The translations under genes were made by a program, and so were the position numbers. The notes beneath the pieces were generated by a model, which saw nothing but the letters and a program-made list of their open reading frames with translations, ran no database searches and was not told the origin of the DNA. Of a stretch of DNA of 64,000 bases, positions 37,367-48,582 are shown piece after piece. Position 1 is the first letter of the stretch. The number at the start of each line of letters is the position of its first letter. Origin of the DNA: an uncultured delta proteobacterium (GTDB lineage Bacteria > Desulfobacterota > Binatia > UBA9968); contig CAWJZV010000006.1 in the NCBI GenBank assembly GCA_963847445.1, positions 32,001 through 96,000 of the forward strand, given 5' to 3'.

Positions 37367-37741
37367 ATGCGGAATAAAATTATGACGTCATGTTTGGTCG
37401 GGGTCGGAATGCTGGCTGTGACGGCTAGTGGCTATGGGCAAAATATGCCCGCGAATCCGTCCAAGCCGGAATCGGGCGCGGAAAGCAAGGCCAGTGAAAA
37501 GCGAGCCATGGGTGAAGTGACTTCTGTTGACGCCAAAACCGGCAAGCTAGCGGTCAAGACCGCCGAGCAGGACCTCAGCCTCAACGTTACGGCGAGTGCG
37601 ACCAAAAAGTCTCTTGAGTCGATCAAGGTCGGAGATAAGGTAAGCGTGTCCTATCGAGATCAGGGCGGAATGTTGGTGGCCAGCTCTGTAAATAAATCCG
37701 CAGGGATGGAAGGCGCCGGCTCTTCTGGCAAAACCAAATAG
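37367..37741 (+). CDS. Exported OB-fold-like small protein
   Basis: AAGGAG RBS before ATG 37367; signal peptide; GEVTSVD...IKVGDKVSVSY. Confidence 0.75.
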   Translation: MRNKIMTSCLVGVGMLAVTASGYGQNMPANPSKPESGAESKASEKRAMGEVTSVDAKTGKLAVKTAEQDLSLNVTASATKKSLESIKVGDKVSVSYRDQGGMLVASSVNKSAGMEGAGSSGKTK

Positions 37742-37837
37742 GCGATTGGAGAGCACTTAATTATAGTGGTGTCCTCGTTGGGGGGCGGGGCAATCCGCCG
37801 CCTCCCCGTGACACCACTCGACAGAAGGAGTTGGAGG

Positions 37838-38062
37838 ATGGACCAATTCAAAAAGAGCCGACGAGAGTACAAGGAAAGCATGAAGAGTCAGTCGGGTCGG
37901 TTCTCTGTCAACGATCTCGTGGAAGCCGAGGCCGATTATGACAAATTCCTAGAGTATATGCACAAACGCTGCGTCGACCAGAAAGAAGAAGTAGAGCGCT
38001 GGGCGGAGGATTGGTGTGAACGGGGAGGCTGGCGGAACAATCGCTCGGCTCACCGAGATTAG
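37838..38062 (+). CDS. Divergent CsbD/YjbJ-like stress protein
   Basis: RBS present; K..MK.Q.GRFS.NDL...E..YDKF...MHKR...QKEEVERW aligns by eye with the CsbD pattern. Confidence 0.55.
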   Translation: MDQFKKSRREYKESMKSQSGRFSVNDLVEAEADYDKFLEYMHKRCVDQKEEVERWAEDWCERGGWRNNRSAHRD

Positions 38063-38181
38063 AAATGTAATCTTCGATTGGATTCGAGTAGAGCCTGGCG
38101 TACGGTCCGTCATTTTTGCCTGCGAACATCGGCGGCAGAAGCATCGAACCAAAACTGAGTAAGTGGGTGGGGGTGATCGGT

Positions 38182-38466
38182 TCAGTTCTTTTGCGATGGC
38201 ATACCATCAGTGTCGTGCGCAAAACAATTCGCCACCGTGGCAGGCACTATCTCAACCTCGTCCGGAAATACGTAAGCACAAATACCACTTCCCCAACGTA
38301 CCTGGAGAAGATGACGACCGAGGTTGTCGATCTCCGAAATTATCGTTCCCACCGTGGCGGGCCGGACATTTCCTGCATGGGTACGAATTTCCCTTCTTGC
38401 TCGACAACGCACTACCGGCGCATTCGCTACTCTGTTCAAACTTTCGTTCTCAAGTAATGGCTTCAT
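38182..38466 (-). CDS. Hypothetical protein, SH3-like beta-barrel pattern
   Basis: AAGGAG RBS; VGTII...LLQVRW..G...YVFPDEVEIV; sigma54 promoter upstream. Confidence 0.7.
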   Translation of the reverse strand: MKPLLENESLNRVANAPVVRCRARREIRTHAGNVRPATVGTIISEIDNLGRHLLQVRWGSGICAYVFPDEVEIVPATVANCFAHDTDGMPSQKN

Positions 38467-38660
38467 AATTTCTCCTTTGTCTCTAACCTTGGATGAAATC
38501 TCTTACGAAATCTGAAACCGCGTATCATTGATTCCAACCTCGCGCCGGCTTCGACGTCGCGACGGAGCACTGCTCTCAACTGGGCGACTTTAACCGGCCT
38601 CACGGCGCCATGAACAAGCGCAAAGTTTTGTGTTTAGACAATCCATGAAACCCCATTAAC

Positions 38661-38675
38661 GCAAGGCGCGTGCCA
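38661..38675 (-). promoter_or_regulatory. sigma54 promoter
   Basis: Reverse strand TGGCAC-GCGCC-TTGC, perfect consensus. Confidence 0.72.
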
Positions 38676-38919
38676 GACGCGATGAGCGTAGTATCGAGCG
38701 AAATTTGTTTTAGCCCTCCGTAGAAGTAAATACGGGAGGAAGATCAATTCGTTGATCGTTACTGTTGCACTCGTCTGACTGGTCTGGTGAAGTTTGTAAT
38801 CGATGAAGCACGAGCGCAGGGACCATGGCAGCAAACGATTAATCGCAATGAAATGAATCGTCGATTAATGTCCTTCTCGGGAATGATTGAAATCCCGCAC
38901 CTCAGCCGAAGAGAATTTA

Positions 38920-38948
38920 CGTCATGCCGGCGCAGGCCGGCATCCAGG
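38920..38948 (+). repeat. CGTC-family REP-like palindrome
   Basis: CGTCATGCCGGCGCAGGCCGGCATCCAGG. Confidence 0.55.
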
Positions 38949-39231
38949 CCCATCGTCCACATAAGGATACCGTGATGCAACTATTTGGACGCTACCCGTC
39001 ACCTGGATTCTCTGCCTGCTAATTGCGGGAAAGCCGGCAAGAAAAAAGTCGTCATGGAGTCGAGCGTAGCTTATTCGACTTCCGAAAATAAATCGTTTGG
39101 CGGAACTTTAAACATGATTAATCAGGTTAAATCCCCTTTAAATAGGGAAACTCCTATCAACCTACTCCGCTATTACGTTCCGCCGGTGAATAAATGCTAT
39201 TAAATTCAATAACCTAAAAAAACATTCGCGT

Positions 39232-39246
39232 TGGAACGTTTTCTGC
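39232..39246 (+). promoter_or_regulatory. sigma54 promoter candidate
   Basis: TGGAAC-GTTTT-CTGC in an AT-rich region upstream of the response regulator. Confidence 0.55.
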
Positions 39247-39320
39247 TAGTGTAATATTAATCAGGACATACCGTTAGAAATCTGGGAAGAGGAGGCAATC
39301 TGCGCTTCGATGACTCCGTT

Positions 39321-39725
39321 ATGGATACCCGTTGGACATTAAGCACGGGAAAATCGATGGTCAAATCGGTATTGGTTGTCGACGATGAGCAAAACTTCGT
39401 GAATCTTTTGGATTGGTTTCTGTCCAAGAGGGGCTATGAGGTTCGGACGGCCCTGAACGGTGACGAGGCTTTGAAACTCGTCGAAAAAACCTCTCCCGAC
39501 TTGGCGCTGCTAGATATCAGAATGGGTCCGGTGAGTGGACTCTCGCTCCTGGATGAAATGAAGCAGCGCTGGCCGGATATTACCGTGATCATGATGACCG
39601 CCTACCCAACCAGTGATTCCCGCAGCCAAGCATTTGGCAAAGGCGCCGTCGCTTATTTTACCAAACCCATGGATCTCGAGGAGCTGCTGAAGACTATTCA
39701 TGGACTCTCAAATTCCTCCGAGTGA
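39321..39725 (+). CDS. Single-domain response regulator
   Basis: VLVVDD, LLDIRM, MMTAY, FTKP. Confidence 0.92.
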   Translation: MDTRWTLSTGKSMVKSVLVVDDEQNFVNLLDWFLSKRGYEVRTALNGDEALKLVEKTSPDLALLDIRMGPVSGLSLLDEMKQRWPDITVIMMTAYPTSDSRSQAFGKGAVAYFTKPMDLEELLKTIHGLSNSSE

Positions 39726-39800
39726 GCGCGGGATGAAATCGATAGATTCTGACAATTCAACCTGAAAGTTCGGTTGGCGCAATAGAAAGCAGGTGACAAT

Positions 39801-40217
39801 ATGTTGGTATTACTCGTGGCAGTTATTTCCGGTATCGCAATCGCTTACTTTGGAATGCAAAATGTTGACCCCGTGACGATCAGACTCAATGAATACGTCT
39901 GGAACGATGTCCCCTTGTATCTGGTCATCGTGGGCTCGTTGTTGGTCGGACTCGTCATGGCAGGGATTCTGTATTTTGCCAAGTCGATTTCCTCAAGAGT
40001 GACCATCTACGGAAAAGATCGCGCGATGAAAAAAGCCAAACATACGGTAACCGAGCTGGAACAACGGATCCGCGAACTCGAAGCGGAAAAGGCACGACTC
40101 GAAACCACAGTTTCTTCCCCGGTTGTTAATCCGCACCACACTGACGTAGCGCAAACCGACCTCCACCACGACCGCCTCTTTGCCGAGATTAAGAGAGGCC
40201 GTGGAGTAATAAAGTAG
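39801..40217 (+). CDS. LapA/DUF1049-like membrane protein with coiled coil
   Basis: TM-F..QN..PV.I-PLYLVI..S.L.G TM pattern followed by a coiled coil. Confidence 0.75.
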   Translation: MLVLLVAVISGIAIAYFGMQNVDPVTIRLNEYVWNDVPLYLVIVGSLLVGLVMAGILYFAKSISSRVTIYGKDRAMKKAKHTVTELEQRIRELEAEKARLETTVSSPVVNPHHTDVAQTDLHHDRLFAEIKRGRGVIK

Positions 40218-40506
40218 TGTAGGGGTTGTCTATTATTCGAATGTCGGATTGCACTGACTGCCGGAGTAGTCTGCACCCGGGATGGCGCGCTCAGCCGGAA
40301 AAGCATAGAAATCCGAAAATGATTTTGTAGGTAAATTGCCTTCAAAGAAGGGAAATTCCTATACGTCGGAGGCTTGAGCCGATCAACGTCAAACTAAAAA
40401 CTTTAAACAATCCACCACATCCCAACCAAGCAGTAATGGAATGATTTCTGCTTGTTTTTCTTCCGACCGTACGCTTCACTGTGTGAAGCCTGTGAAATTC
40501 TTTGTC

Positions 40507-40660
40507 GAAATGGAGGGCTAAGCTCTGCTACCGAGGCTCGCTCTAATCGCCAGGTCGATAAGGCGACCGGCAGAAGTGTCTGAAAGCCGGCGCAGTCGAT
40601 TATATCGCCCAACCGGTTAACAGCGATGAGTTGATCGGAATGCTGGCCATCAGGTTAATT
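40507..40660 (+). pseudogene. Remnant C-terminal receiver domain of a hybrid kinase
   Basis: EMEG*...LALIA...GDRQKCLKAGAVDYIAQPVNSDELIGML matches the C-terminus of 7332-13661. Confidence 0.7.
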
Positions 40661-40691
40661 TGCAAGCAACGCATGCGACGGGGAGGTCGTT

Positions 40692-42223
40692 ATGACCCAT
40701 TCCACGGCGAACATTCTCGTCGTTGACGACGACGAAAAGAGTTTGCTCGCTATGGAGGCCATACTCGCCGGGCCGGGGCGCAACATCGTAACGGCGCGCT
40801 CGGGCGCCGACGCGCTATGCGAACTTATGCGCCGGGAATTTGCCGTGATGTTGCTCGACGTGCGCATGCCGGAGATGGACGGATTTGAGACGGCGGCACT
40901 GATACGGCAACGCGAGCGACTGCGCCATTTGCCGATCATTTTTCTCTCCGCGGTGGATACCTTGGATGCGGATGTGTACCGAGGAGTGGCCAGCGGCGCG
41001 GTTGATTACCTTTTCAAGCCGGTCGTTCCGCAAGTCTTGAAAGCCAAGGTCGCCGTGTTCGTCGACCTATTCCGTATGCATGAGCAGATACAAGCAGCAA
41101 GCGCTCGAGCAAAGTGAGGCGCGGTTTCAGCTTGCCGTCGAGGCTTCTCCAAACGCGATGATCATGATTGCAACGGATGGGCAGATAGTCTTGGCTAATG
41201 CCCAGGCCGAGCAACTTTTCGGGTACACGCGAGAGGAGATGTTCCGCCAATCGATTGACTCACTCGTGCCGGAGCGTTTTCGGGAAAAACATGCCGGCCT
41301 CCGGGCCGGTTTTTTTTCCTATCCCAAGTCACGCCCTATGGGAGCGGGCATCGATCTCTTTGGCATGCGCAAGGACGGATCGGAAGTCTCTGTCGAGATC
41401 GGCCTCAACCCGATCCAAATCAATGACGTAACTTTCGTCCTGGTGTCGATTATCGATATCACTAATCGCAAACGGACGGAGCAGGCCCTGCGGGAAAGCG
41501 AGCAAAAGCTCCGCAAACAGGCCGACGAACTGGAGCAGCAACTCATCGCCTCGGGCCGTCTGGTTTCCGTCGGCGAGCTATCGGCCTCCATGGCCCATGA
41601 GTTCAATAACCCCCTGGGGATTGTCCTTGGATTTACTCAAGGACTGTTAGCCGAGATGGACCCCGCCGACCCGAACTATCGCCCCCTACAGATCATCTCT
41701 GAAGAAACCAAACGCTGTGAAAAAATGGTCCGCGATCTTTTGGAATTTGGCCGGCCCAAAAGCACGGATTTCATATCGACCGACGTCGAGCAGGTCATTG
41801 CCAAGACGTTGGAGATGATCTCGCTCCGGCTCTACAATCAAAACATCGAAGCGATCAAGGAAATAGCGCCAGACCTGAGCCGAATCGATGCCGACCCGCA
41901 GCAGTTGCAGCAGGTGCTGGTGAATTTGTCTTTGAATGCCGTGGATGCCATGCCAGCAGGTGGAAAGTTAACCCTGAGCGCAAAGCAAAATTCGTCCGGT
42001 CAGATGACCATCGCGGTGGCGGATACCGGATTTGGCATTGACGCGGTCACGCTGGCCAAGATCTTTCAGCCGTTTTTTACCGCTAAGAAGTGGCGTGGCA
42101 TGGGTTTGGGGCTGCCGATATGTGCGAGGATCATAAAATCTCACGGCTGGGCGAATTGACGTGGAGAGCCAACCTGGACAGGGCACAACCTTCACCATTC
42201 ACCTGCCATTAAAGCAGCCTTGA
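40692..42223 (+). CDS. REC-PAS-HisKA-HATPase kinase (two frameshifts, near 41085 and 42148)
   Basis: REC 40692-41117; PAS (SRPMGAG) and MAHEFNNPL in 41080-42159; GRIDVESQPGQGTTFTIHLP to TGA 42223. Confidence 0.88.
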
Positions 42224-42266
42224 GATCGGTTGATTGACGCGATAGTAAAATCGCCAGAGGCTTGTT

Positions 42267-43679
42267 ATGCCCATGGGAAAAATTCTGGTTGTCGACGACG
42301 ATCGCAATCTCCTCGAATTGGTCCGGACCAGGCTCGAGGCGGCCAAGTACGATGTCGTAACAGCCGTTACAGGCGACGAGGCAAAAAAAGCACTAAATGG
42401 TGATAGCATTGATCTCTCTATTGTTGATTTGAAGCTTGCTGACCAAGACGGCATGTCATTGATGGGGGAATTGCATGCAATAAACCCCGCGCTGCCGGTT
42501 ATTATTCTCACTGGCTATGGAAGTATCGAAAGCGCCGTAGAGGCCATCAAGGGGGGCGCCTACGGATATCTCACCAAGCCCATCGATCCGCGGGAGCTGC
42601 AATTACAAATTGCCCGAGCGCTGGAAAATCGCCGGCTCGCCTCTGAGAATGTGCGGCTCAAGGAGCTGCTCAAGGAAAAATTTGATTTTCCCAATATTGT
42701 CGCCAAGAGCGACAAAATGCAGAAGGTGCTGTTGGGGGTTTCGCGAATCGCACAGACCGAGTCCACTGTTTATATTCACGGGGAAAGCGGCACCGGCAAG
42801 GAGGTGATCGCCAAGGCGATTCATCTTGCCAGCGAAAGGAAAAATAAGCCCTTCGTGGCGATCAATTGCGCCGCCGTCCCTGAAGCATTGCTGGAAAGCG
42901 AGCTGTTCGGTCACGAAAAGGGATCGTTCACCGGCGCGGTGCGAAGCACAAAGGGATTTTTTGCGCAGGCTCATGAAGGCACTATTTTATTAGATGAAAT
43001 TGGCGATATGCCGCTGTCGATTCAGCCTAAACTATTGCGCGCGTTGGAGGAGCGGCAATTTTATCCCATTGGAGGCGAAAAGCCGATTCATGTGGATGTC
43101 AGAGTTATTGTCGCCACGAAAAAGGATCTTGCAGAAGAAGTAAAAAGGGGACTTTTTCGCGAGGATCTCTTCTACCGGATTCACGTCATTCCGGTTCGTC
43201 TTCCGCCTCTGCGGGAACGGAAAGAAGACATCCCACACCTGGTAAGCCATCTGCTGCAGAAAATCGCGCGGCAATTAAAAAAGGAGGTAAAAGGTCTCAC
43301 GCCTCAAGCTATGAAGAAGCTTATGCTGCATGACTGGCCGGGCAATGTTCGCGAGCTCGAAAACGCGTTAGAGTACGCCGTCACAATGGCTGAGGGTGAG
43401 GTTGTCACGGAAGAGCTCTTATTCGAAACGAGAGCCCCGACGGCTGTCCGTTCCCAGGAGTCGGCTCGCCGCGGTGACTTGCTAGCGGCCGAGGGCCCGC
43501 TCAACTCTCTCAAACAAGCGCGGGCGGAATTTGAGAAGGCATACCTTATTCGCCTGCTAGAACACTGCAGCGGCAGTGCCGCTAAAGCAGCGGAGATTGC
43601 CGGGAAATACCGGGCGGATTTCTATGATCTACTGAAGAAACACGGCATCAATCTCCAAGAGTTCAAAAAGGCGGACTAG
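42267..43679 (+). CDS. sigma54-dependent enhancer-binding response regulator (NtrC family, GlrR-like HTH)
   Basis: REC; GESGTGKE; ESELFGHEKGSFTGA; LDEIGD; FREDLFYR; WPGNVREL; C-terminal HTH KYRADFYDLLKKH. Confidence 0.95.
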   Translation: MPMGKILVVDDDRNLLELVRTRLEAAKYDVVTAVTGDEAKKALNGDSIDLSIVDLKLADQDGMSLMGELHAINPALPVIILTGYGSIESAVEAIKGGAYGYLTKPIDPRELQLQIARALENRRLASENVRLKELLKEKFDFPNIVAKSDKMQKVLLGVSRIAQTESTVYIHGESGTGKEVIAKAIHLASERKNKPFVAINCAAVPEALLESELFGHEKGSFTGAVRSTKGFFAQAHEGTILLDEIGDMPLSIQPKLLRALEERQFYPIGGEKPIHVDVRVIVATKKDLAEEVKRGLFREDLFYRIHVIPVRLPPLRERKEDIPHLVSHLLQKIARQLKKEVKGLTPQAMKKLMLHDWPGNVRELENALEYAVTMAEGEVVTEELLFETRAPTAVRSQESARRGDLLAAEGPLNSLKQARAEFEKAYLIRLLEHCSGSAAKAAEIAGKYRADFYDLLKKHGINLQEFKKAD

Positions 43680-43861
43680 ATTCCAGCTGGTTCTTGCTCT
43701 GCTCGGAATTCCCGAAGAGGCGAAATTAGGCGTAACGACGCGGAGCTATGGGTTGTCGTCTTCCTGTGTTAATGCAACAAGTTCGCTGCAACTTCAAGCC
43801 ATTGTGAAACAGCGCCTGACTTGATTACGAATCAGTTGCTATACCAACTGCGCTAGGGTGG

Positions 43862-44167
43862 CTACGTGGGCTTAATGAAGTGAACTATTCCTGCGATGAC
43901 GAAGGAACCGATGAAAGCCGCCATCAAGTCGATAAAAATGCGCAGCCCCTGCAGGCTGTCGAGATATTCGCTAAGTTGGTAATAGTTAATCACGAAGTGA
44001 CCGAGGAAAAAACCAATCAAGCCGATTATTGTGAACCCGATAACTCCCGGGCGGCGCTCTGCCGCCACCAGGCGCGTCGCCAGAAACCCGGCGATGAACG
44101 CTATCACCAAACTCCCGGCCAAGTTTGTTCTTACATAGGCGATGACTTGTTGAAGGGTTTCTGGCAC
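43862..44167 (-). CDS. Small three-TM membrane protein (GlsB/YeaQ/YmgE-like)
   Basis: IAFIAGFLA...IIGLIG..G...AAFIGS hydrophobic pattern. Confidence 0.7.
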   Translation of the reverse strand: MPETLQQVIAYVRTNLAGSLVIAFIAGFLATRLVAAERRPGVIGFTIIGLIGFFLGHFVINYYQLSEYLDSLQGLRIFIDLMAAFIGSFVIAGIVHFIKPT

Positions 44168-44171
44168 GGGT

Positions 44172-44798
44172 TTACCTCGTCAGCAGTGCTAACAGCCGTT
44201 TCGCCGCCTGGCTAGGCTCATCGGCGCTCATGATTGCCGAAATCAGGGCCACACCGCGGCTGCCCGCTCTTTGGGTTTCCAGCAAATTTTCCAGCTTGAT
44301 TCCTCCTATAGCATAAACCGCTAGGGAAATCTTTGCGACAATTTTTCGCAGCGCGTTGAGCCCTTGTGGAGCACCGTAATCGGCTTTGGACGGTGTGAAA
44401 TAAACTGGCCCGAACACGATGAAATCGGCGCCTTCCCGTTCTGCTTTGCATGCGCCTTCAAGGGAGTGCGTAGAAACACCGATGATTCGTTGCGCGCCTA
44501 AGAGCGCGCGGGCGAATGGCACCGGCATGGAAGTTTCGCCAAGGTGGACCCCGGCAGCGTCGACGGCCAGCGCGACATCGACGCGGTCATTGATGAATAA
44601 TTGGGCTTGATAGCGGTGACAGAGTTGGGAAACCCGCTCCGCGAGGCCATGCAGCTCCTTGCCGCTCAGATCCTTTTCGCGTAGTTGGACCGCTCTGACG
44701 CCGCCGTCCAAGGCGCGCTCCAGCACCCAGAGGAGATCACGCCCGTGGGTAAGCTTGCGGTCGGTAACGAGGTACAGATCGAAATTTGGCTGAGGCAC
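44172..44798 (-). CDS. thiE: Thiamine-phosphate synthase (ThiE/TenI family)
   Basis: LYLVTD, VQLREK, INDRVD, GVHLG, GVSTH, TPSK, AIGGI. Confidence 0.85.
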   Translation of the reverse strand: MPQPNFDLYLVTDRKLTHGRDLLWVLERALDGGVRAVQLREKDLSGKELHGLAERVSQLCHRYQAQLFINDRVDVALAVDAAGVHLGETSMPVPFARALLGAQRIIGVSTHSLEGACKAEREGADFIVFGPVYFTPSKADYGAPQGLNALRKIVAKISLAVYAIGGIKLENLLETQRAGSRGVALISAIMSADEPSQAAKRLLALLTR

Positions 44799-44808
44799 TG
44801 GCGGTCAG

Positions 44809-45589
44809 CTAATTGAGCATGCCATCCAGCGGGCTCGATGCTGTGGCGTAGAGTTTTCTCGGGATACGGCCGGCGAGATAGGCTTTGCGGCCGGCTTCAA
44901 CGCCCTGGCGCATCGCTTCGGCCATCAAGATTGGATCTTTGGCGCTGGCGATGGCGGTGTTCATTAAAACTCCGGCGCAGCCCATTTCCATGGCCACTGC
45001 CGCATCCGAGGCCGTGCCCACGCCGGCGTCGACGATCACCGGTACTTTGGCGTGCTCCAAAATGATTCTGATGTTGTATGGATTCCTAATGCCAAGTCCG
45101 GAACCGATCGGCGCGGCCAGCGGCATCACCGCGGCGCAGCCCATGTCTTCGAGTTTTTGTGCCGTGATCGGATCGTCGGTAATGTAGGGCAGGACGATGA
45201 AGCCTTCTTTGACTAGTATCTTGGCGGCATCGAGGGTCGCGGGCACGTCGGGGAAAAGCGTTCTGTCGTCGCCGATCACTTCGAGTTTGACGAGTTTTCC
45301 GACGCCCGCTTCGCGGGCGAGCCGGCAGGTGCGCACGGCGTCATCGGCGTTATAGCAGCCGGCGGTGTTGGGTAAGTATCGTGTATTGCTTGGGGTCGAG
45401 ATAGTCGAGAAGATTTTCTTTGTTGGGATCCGTAATATTGACGCGGCGCACGGCCACGGTGACGATTTCGGCGCCGGAGACTTCGATGGCTTTTTTCGTT
45501 TCGGCGAAGTCTTTGTATTTTCCGGTGCCGACGATGAGCCGTGAACGGAACTTGGTGCCGGCTAATTCAAAAAAGTCTTCCATGGTCAT
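44809..45589 (-). CDS. thiG: Thiazole synthase (frameshift near 45375)
   Basis: [47 protein letters not shown]. Confidence 0.93.
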
Positions 45590-45789
45590 CCTCCGCCCAC
45601 GAAGTGAACGATTTCTAATGTGTCGCTATCATTGATCAATGTCGCGTTATAGCTATCGCGCGGGACGATCTCCCGGTTGCGCTCGACGACCACGCGGCCC
45701 GGCCGAATTTGTAGCGATGCCAACAGCGCGGTCAGGGTCAGGCCGTTGTCAATTTCCCGCTCTTCGCCGTTTATTTTAACTTTCATCAC
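45586..45789 (-). CDS. thiS: Sulfur carrier protein ThiS
   Basis: INGE...VERN.EIV...[11 protein letters not shown]-terminus. Confidence 0.95.
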   Translation of the reverse strand: MMKVKINGEEREIDNGLTLTALLASLQIRPGRVVVERNREIVPRDSYNATLINDSDTLEIVHFVGGG

Positions 45790-45792
45790 AAT

Positions 45793-45844
45793 AAAAAAAC
45801 CGCATTCGCACAGACCACCCGATTGTGGTCAGGGAATACGGTTT
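45793..45844 (-). terminator. Riboswitch expression platform / intrinsic terminator
   Basis: AAACCGTATTC...GAATGCGGTTTTTTT hairpin plus U-tract immediately before thiS. Confidence 0.65.
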
Positions 45845-45888
45845 CAAGTGGGTTGCGCCGAATCGACTTCGACGCGACTTTGACTTTC

Positions 45889-45980
45889 ACGCTTCCCTAC
45901 GCCGGTGCGACCCGGATCAGGTTCAAAGGGTTACCTGTTTTTCAGGCTCTCAGTCTGACTCGGGCAGACACCCCTAGCTA
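45889..45980 (-). ncRNA. TPP riboswitch
   Basis: Reverse strand GCTAGGGGTG...CTGAGA...ACCCTTTGAACCTGATCCGGGTCGCACCGGCGTAGGGAAGC upstream of thiSGE. Confidence 0.95.
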
Positions 45981-46142
45981 CGACAGCACCCTTAACAAAG
46001 CACCAGCTCCAAGTCAAATTCGCGCCGCCGAACGCTTGATTCTGGAACTGTTGATGGAACGGAGACTTCAACTGTCGAACGGTGGCGGGATAATTTTATC
46101 CGGCCACTGCTAATCGGAGTTGTTCCGTGGCGTGTCAGCGTA

Positions 46143-47087
46143 TTACGGCGCGACGATGTCGACGTGTAAACTGCCGATGCCTTCGATTTCGCCTTCGACC
46201 TTGTCGCCGGGATTTAGAAACACCGGCGGCACGCGGGCGAAGCCGACGCCCGACGGGGTGCCGGTGCTGATGATGTCGCCCGGTTCTAGGGTCATACCGC
46301 CGGAGAGCGATTCGATGATCGTCGGGATGTCGAAGATCATGTCGCGGGTATTACCATCCTGCATGACTTGGCCGTTGACTCGGCAGACGAGCCGCACTTG
46401 TTGCGGATCGGGCATGGCGCTCTTGTGGACGATCCAAGGTCCAAGCGGGCATAGGGTATCGAGGGCTTTGCCTTTGAACCATTGGCCGTGGATTCTCTGC
46501 AGCTCACGGGCGGTCATGTCGAGACAGATGGTGTAGCCGAACACGTAGTCGTAGGCCTTTGCTTTGGGAATATCGCGGCCTTTTTTGCCAATGACCAGAG
46601 CCAATTCGACTTCCCAATCGAGCTTGTCGGTAACTTTATGTTTGATGACTTTACCATACTGGCCGATGACGGAGGTGGCCGGCTTGGTGAAAAACACCGG
46701 GTAGTCAGGATACTTGATATCCAGTTGGCGCGCCCGGGCGCCTTCGTCGACATGCTCGCGGTAGTTGATGCCGAGCATGACACAATTCTTTCTTGGCGTC
46801 GGGATCGGCGAGATGATCTTGGCCTGGGTTGGTTTTACCAAGGCGCCGGCGGCGGCGAGTTTTTTTTGCTCGTCGGGATTCTTTCCCGCCACATACTTTC
46901 CCGCGTTGCGCGCTACCTGCATCGCTTTGCCGCCGGCTTCGATGAACGCTTGCATGCTCGCCAAGAACGGCGCGTTGCCGCCTTTGAGATAGCGCCGATT
47001 GACTTCGGCTAAATCGATAATCTGATCCTGCGGCCCCATCAGGCCGACACGTTGCTGGTTCTTGCGCGTGAAAGTGACTAGTCGCAT
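46143..47087 (-). CDS. Fumarylacetoacetate hydrolase family protein
   Basis: GINYREH, FFTKP, LDWEVEL, DMTAR, GK..DT.CPLGP, PGDIISTGTPSGVG. Confidence 0.93.
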   Translation of the reverse strand: MRLVTFTRKNQQRVGLMGPQDQIIDLAEVNRRYLKGGNAPFLASMQAFIEAGGKAMQVARNAGKYVAGKNPDEQKKLAAAGALVKPTQAKIISPIPTPRKNCVMLGINYREHVDEGARARQLDIKYPDYPVFFTKPATSVIGQYGKVIKHKVTDKLDWEVELALVIGKKGRDIPKAKAYDYVFGYTICLDMTARELQRIHGQWFKGKALDTLCPLGPWIVHKSAMPDPQQVRLVCRVNGQVMQDGNTRDMIFDIPTIIESLSGGMTLEPGDIISTGTPSGVGFARVPPVFLNPGDKVEGEIEGIGSLHVDIVAP

Positions 47088-47114
47088 GGCTCCTCCAGAA
47101 AAAAATTGATCTAA

Positions 47115-48111
47115 CTAAATGCCGATTCGCAATAGTTTACAAGCGTTGGTGCTGGCGATCCGCTCCAGGCTGGCGCGGTCAATACGCGCCGCGCCCAGTG
47201 AGGCCACCGGTTCGGGATCGCCCATGTCATAGGGATAGTCGCTGCCCAACACCACATGATCGGCGCCGAAGTTGGCGACCAAATATTCCAGCGCCATGGT
47301 GCTATGGGTGATGGTGTCGAAGTTGAGCAGCTTGAGATATTCTCCCGGCGGCTTGGAAATTTTCGCCGTCGCCGAGTCTTGAATCCGATAGCCGCGGTCC
47401 AGTCGGCCCCAGGTATAAGGTAAGAAGCCGCCGGCGTGGGCGAGCAAGAGTTTTAGTCGCGGATAACGTTCGAGCACGCCGCTGAAAATCAGTTTGGCGA
47501 TCGCCAGGGAGGTGTCGGTCGGATTGCCGATCAGGTTAGCGAGATTGAACTCCTTCATGCGATCGGCGCCGACCACCTGATTAGGGTGGACGAAGATCAG
47601 CGCGTCCAAGGCTTGGGCCGCTTCCCAAAAAGGATTGAACGCCGGATCGTCGAAGTAACGGCCATTGATGTTCGATGCGATCTCGACGCCGCGCAGTCCC
47701 AGTTTCGCGATCGCTCGTTCCAGTTCTCCCACGGCTTTGGCGCTGTCTTGCATTGGCACGGACCCGAGGGCTACCAGGCGCTTAGGATGTTTAGCGACCG
47801 CTTCGGCCATGCGATCGTTGAGCCACTGGGCGTATGCCAACGATTCTTCAGCGGCCATCCAGTAAAAAAAATAGCTACTCGCCGGCGACAGCGCCTGCAT
47901 GTCGACGCCCTGGCTGTCCATGATCGACAGCCGCAGGTCGAGGTCGGAGAATTCGGCTTTGGGTTGGGTCAAATAGGGCTTGCCGTCACGGCTAACGATC
48001 TCGCGGCCGCGCTCGTTTAAGCCGAGCTTCATGCCGTGGCGTTTGCCGATCTCGCTGGCGACTTTCAGGCTGTGCGGCGGGAACAAAGTGGGCGTGAACG
48101 TCGATATTCAT
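47115..48111 (-). CDS. Amidohydrolase_2 family protein (ACMSD-like); frameshift near the N-terminus
   Basis: MNIDVHAHFVP from 48111 in an adjacent frame; FVHP, HAGG, LGSDYPYDMG. Confidence 0.88.
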
Positions 48112-48264
48112 TGGTTGCGGAGTGGTAGAACTCTCCGGACAGCTACCGGAGGGTCGGCTGATTGTCAAGTTTATAATGCGATCGCGGCGCACAATCGGTA
48201 CATGGGCTCGGCTTTATGGCGTGAAATCATTGCCTGTGGAAATCGCCGGTGATAGCTTTCCCCC

Positions 48265-48498
48265 ATGGCCAGTAGGCGCAGACGAGAAAACCAAGTAACC
48301 ATGCGTGAGGGCGACCGCATCCTTATCAACAAGGGCATCGCAAAAAAAGTCATGATCATTGCACGCACCGAGATTCCCCACTCGATGGAACGTATTTTCG
48401 TCACCAAATCGGGTGGCAAGTACACGATCGGCTTGAAAGTCTGGCGCTCGGATTACGCCTGGAGTGAGAAAAACCAGATGTGGGTGCCCAAGCATTAA
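48265..48498 (+). CDS. Small basic hypothetical protein
   Basis: 77-aa ORF co-oriented upstream of holA. Confidence 0.65.
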   Translation: MASRRRRENQVTMREGDRILINKGIAKKVMIIARTEIPHSMERIFVTKSGGKYTIGLKVWRSDYAWSEKNQMWVPKH

Positions 48499-48582
48499 AC
48501 GCGGCGATCGCAACTTTCATCTACTGGCGGGATTTCCCAATTGGCCGCGGCTCAATAACATTCGATTCACCACTTACCCGCC

